Source: Felis catus
Taxonomy: Eukaryota
NCBI RefSeq assembly: GCF_018350175.1
Contig: NC_058373.1
Span: 102,488,001 to 102,552,000 of the forward strand
Reading direction: 5' to 3'
Length of the DNA stretch: 64,000 nucleotides
Below are positions 61,401-64,000 of this stretch, piece by piece. A model generated the notes under the pieces. That model ran no database searches and was not told where the DNA came from. It worked only from the letters and a program-made list of their open reading frames with translations. Each line of letters opens with the position of its first letter. Positions within the stretch are counted from its first letter, which is position 1. Position numbers and translations under genes: made by a program.

Positions 61401-62250
61401 CAAACATTATGCTAAGTGAAAGAAGCGAGGCACAAAGGGTAACATACTGTATGATTCTATTTATACGAAATATCCAGAGTAGGTAATTCCACAGAGGTTG
61501 CCAAGGGCTAAGGGGAGGGAGGAATGGAGAGCAAACTGCTTAAGGAAATGTGATTTTATTTTGGAGTAATGGAAATGTTTTGGCACTCGATACAGGTGGG
61601 GTTGCACAAATTGTGACTATACTAAATGTCACTGAATTATTCACTTTAAAATGGTTAAGTTTATATTATGTGAATTTCACCTCAAAATTTTAAAAAATGT
61701 TAAAGAATCAAAGATGAAGTCCTTATAAGCTTAAAAAAAATTTTTTTTTGAGAGATAAGGACAAAAAGTTACTTATTCCAAGGAGTTTACTGCATGTGAG
61801 TCTCCATCCTCAAAGACGTGGGGTGGGGAGAAGGAAGGGGAGGAGGGGAAACTACTGACATGGGTAACAGAAACTCTGTACCTTTGGGGCAGGAAAAATC
61901 CCTTAAGCCTCAGATTTTTGTTACAGCACTAAAATTTTCATTTCTAAAGTGGTTGTTTTGTAGAAACCAAACAGTGAGTTGGGGAAACATTTATTAAAAA
62001 AAAAAAAATTCTGCCTCTGATTTGATGGACTTTTTCCCCCTTTTAGGTACATTTGAATGTGAAAGCTTTCTTAATAGGAGACAGTAAAGTATAGTAGATA
62101 CAGCAAACACCCACTCACCCACCCATTCAACCTCCATCCCCACCCACCAAAATCAAGGTTCTTTTTATATTTGAGAAATGGAGGATATAGGTCCGACATT
62201 CAAGATAACTATGTACTTCAGTTTTTCATAACACTTAAAAATCATACCTA

Positions 62251-62867
62251 TGGGAATGCAAGCTGGTGCAACCACTCTGGAAAACAGTATGGAGGTTCCT
62301 CAAAAAACTAAAAATAGAACTACCCTAGGGCCCAGCAATTGCGCTACTAGGTATTTATCCAAGGGATACAGGTATGCTGTTTCGAAAGGACACATGCACC
62401 CCAATATTTATAGCAGCCCTATCAACAATAGCCAAAGTATGGAAAGAGCCCAAATGTCCAATGATGGATGAATGGATAAAGAAAGTGTGGTGTATATATA
62501 TATATACAATAGAGTATTACTCGGCAATCAAAAAGAATGAAATCTTGCCATTTGCAACTACGTGGATGGAACTGGAGGGTATTATGCTAAGTGAAATTAG
62601 TCAGAGAAAGACAAAAATCATATGACTTCACTCATATGAGGACTTTAAGAGACAAAAGAGATGAACCTAAGGGAAGAGAAACAAACATAATATAAAAACA
62701 GGGATGGTGACAAAACAGAAGAGACTCATAAATATGGAGAACAAACAGGGTTACTGGAGGGGTTGTGGGAGGGGGGATGGGCTAAATGGATAAGGGGCAC
62801 TAAGGAATCTGCTCCTGAAATCATTGTTGCACTATATGCTAACTAATTGGGATGTAAATTAAAAAAA
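62251..62867 (+). mobile_element. 5'-truncated LINE-1 3' end in the TBPL2 last intron
   Basis: ORF2 tail ([23 protein letters not shown]...) and A tail; 14-bp TSD AAAAATCATACCTA at 62237-62250 and 62868-62881 at a TT/AAAA site. Confidence 0.93.
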
Positions 62868-64000
62868 AAAAATCATACCTAAGAGGATTTTCCAGCCCCA
62901 GCAAGTTTAGCATTCTGGCATCCCCTGAAGAGCAAAACACACCCGTTGCCCAGGAGGGAACAGACACTGACAGTGATCATTATTTTATATGATAGAATAA
63001 CATCAGTAGACACAAAAGAGCTTTGTGGAAATTAGCTAATACAATTTCTTTCATTTCCTATGTGGAAAATGAAGCCCAAGAAGCTGAAGTTCCCCTGAAT
63101 CATGAATAACAGCTATGGGTGAAGACCTCACGTATCCAGTGTCCCATCTAAAAGTCACCAAATAAACTTTGCCAGCAGTTGTAACTGGGTATTTCAATGA
63201 GGGGATTTGGTCAATCTAGTCAAATATTTCCTCACTGAAATACTGGTATCACAACTTTATGGGAACCCAAATTGGTCCTCTAGTCCTATTAATCTATTAT
63301 CAGACATCCCAATTTAAAACACCAGGCTCCAATTAGGTGACTGGCCTCTCAGTCTTTTCCTGCAGGAGAAAATGACCACCACTTTTGGGGATAAACACCG
63401 TTCCTGACCAGGGTGATGGAGGAGGAAATTCTGTGGCTGGCATAATGAAGAAAGGACTGGCACTGAAACCAAACTATACAAGCCCAAATACCAGCTTTAC
63501 CATTAACTAGATTTGAAATCACAGGCAAATTGTTTAACCTCAGAGTTTCCATTTCCTTACCTGTAAAATAAGGACAATAGCCTTCTCAGAGGGCAGCTGT
63601 AAGCATGACATGAGTGAATGTTGTAAGAAGTCCTCTGCAAACCATATCATTTTATAAAATCTAAGCTATGTTTACGGTCCTAGGAGAATGTGCTTCAGGG
63701 TTAGGGACATTGGGATGGCTGGCTTGTCCAAGTACGCATAGTTTCTCATCTGGTTCTGTAAGAGCCAGTGGCACATAATTTGTCTGTCTCCTTTCCCCAG
63801 GGCTTATTCTGGCCATGGGTGAGGTGGTGGGGGGAGGGTATTATATTTGCTTCCCCGTCCAGTATGTGTAGCTGGTAGTCACCCGAACTTTATGAAATAT
63901 CTACCATCTGTAATAAGATTTAAAAGTTCATTCCTACCTCTTGGCCAGCCCAAATATCAATTTCCAATACTACTTAGATTTTCCAATTCTATTCCTACAT

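Larger units (their letters stand above)
60655..61700 (+). mobile_element. Old L1M-type 3' end with two nested SINEs
   Basis: atgtaaaatgattcagccact...gacccagcaattctactcct...tgtgaatttcacctcaaa; SINEs at ~60911-61115 and ~61197-61400. Confidence 0.8.

Noticed and set aside
63781..63825. Possible 18-nt plus-strand micro-exon (ccccAG...G|GTGAGG)
   Set aside because: Opposite strand to TBPL2 with no partner exons identified; splice-like motifs alone are insufficient.

Overview
Mammalian genomic DNA, almost certainly from a felid: the window is full of tRNA-derived Can-SINEs of the SINEC_Fc type and has young carnivore L1 3' ends. It holds three protein-coding loci. FBXO34 (+) is represented by its single large coding exon (6558-8696, 712 aa) and 3' UTR. 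ATG14 (-) is complete: 10 coding exons from 57927 to 19526 that splice to 1479 nt (492 aa plus stop), with a GC-AG intron 7, a ~2.65 kb 3' UTR and a CpG-island promoter. TBPL2 (-) is represented by its last coding exon (59741-59817), missed by the ORF track, and ends just upstream of the ATG14 promoter. The rest is intronic or intergenic: more than 25 SINEs, two TSD-flanked L1 insertions, older L1/L2/MIR/DNA-transposon relics and a decayed alpha-tubulin (TUBA1B-like) retrocopy in ATG14 intron 4. I see no convincing new multi-gene system. The best leads are a CHORD/Btk-like zinc-ligand pattern and a tubulin-like C-terminal EEY in FBXO34, a 22-nt-period repeat with paired miR-181 seed matches in its 3' UTR, competing or non-canonical ATG14 splice donors, a tailless 24-nt SINE fragment at a repeatedly hit target site, and the tight TBPL2-to-ATG14 tandem arrangement. 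Gene and repeat names come from recognition, not database searches. Repeat boundaries without TSDs are approximate.
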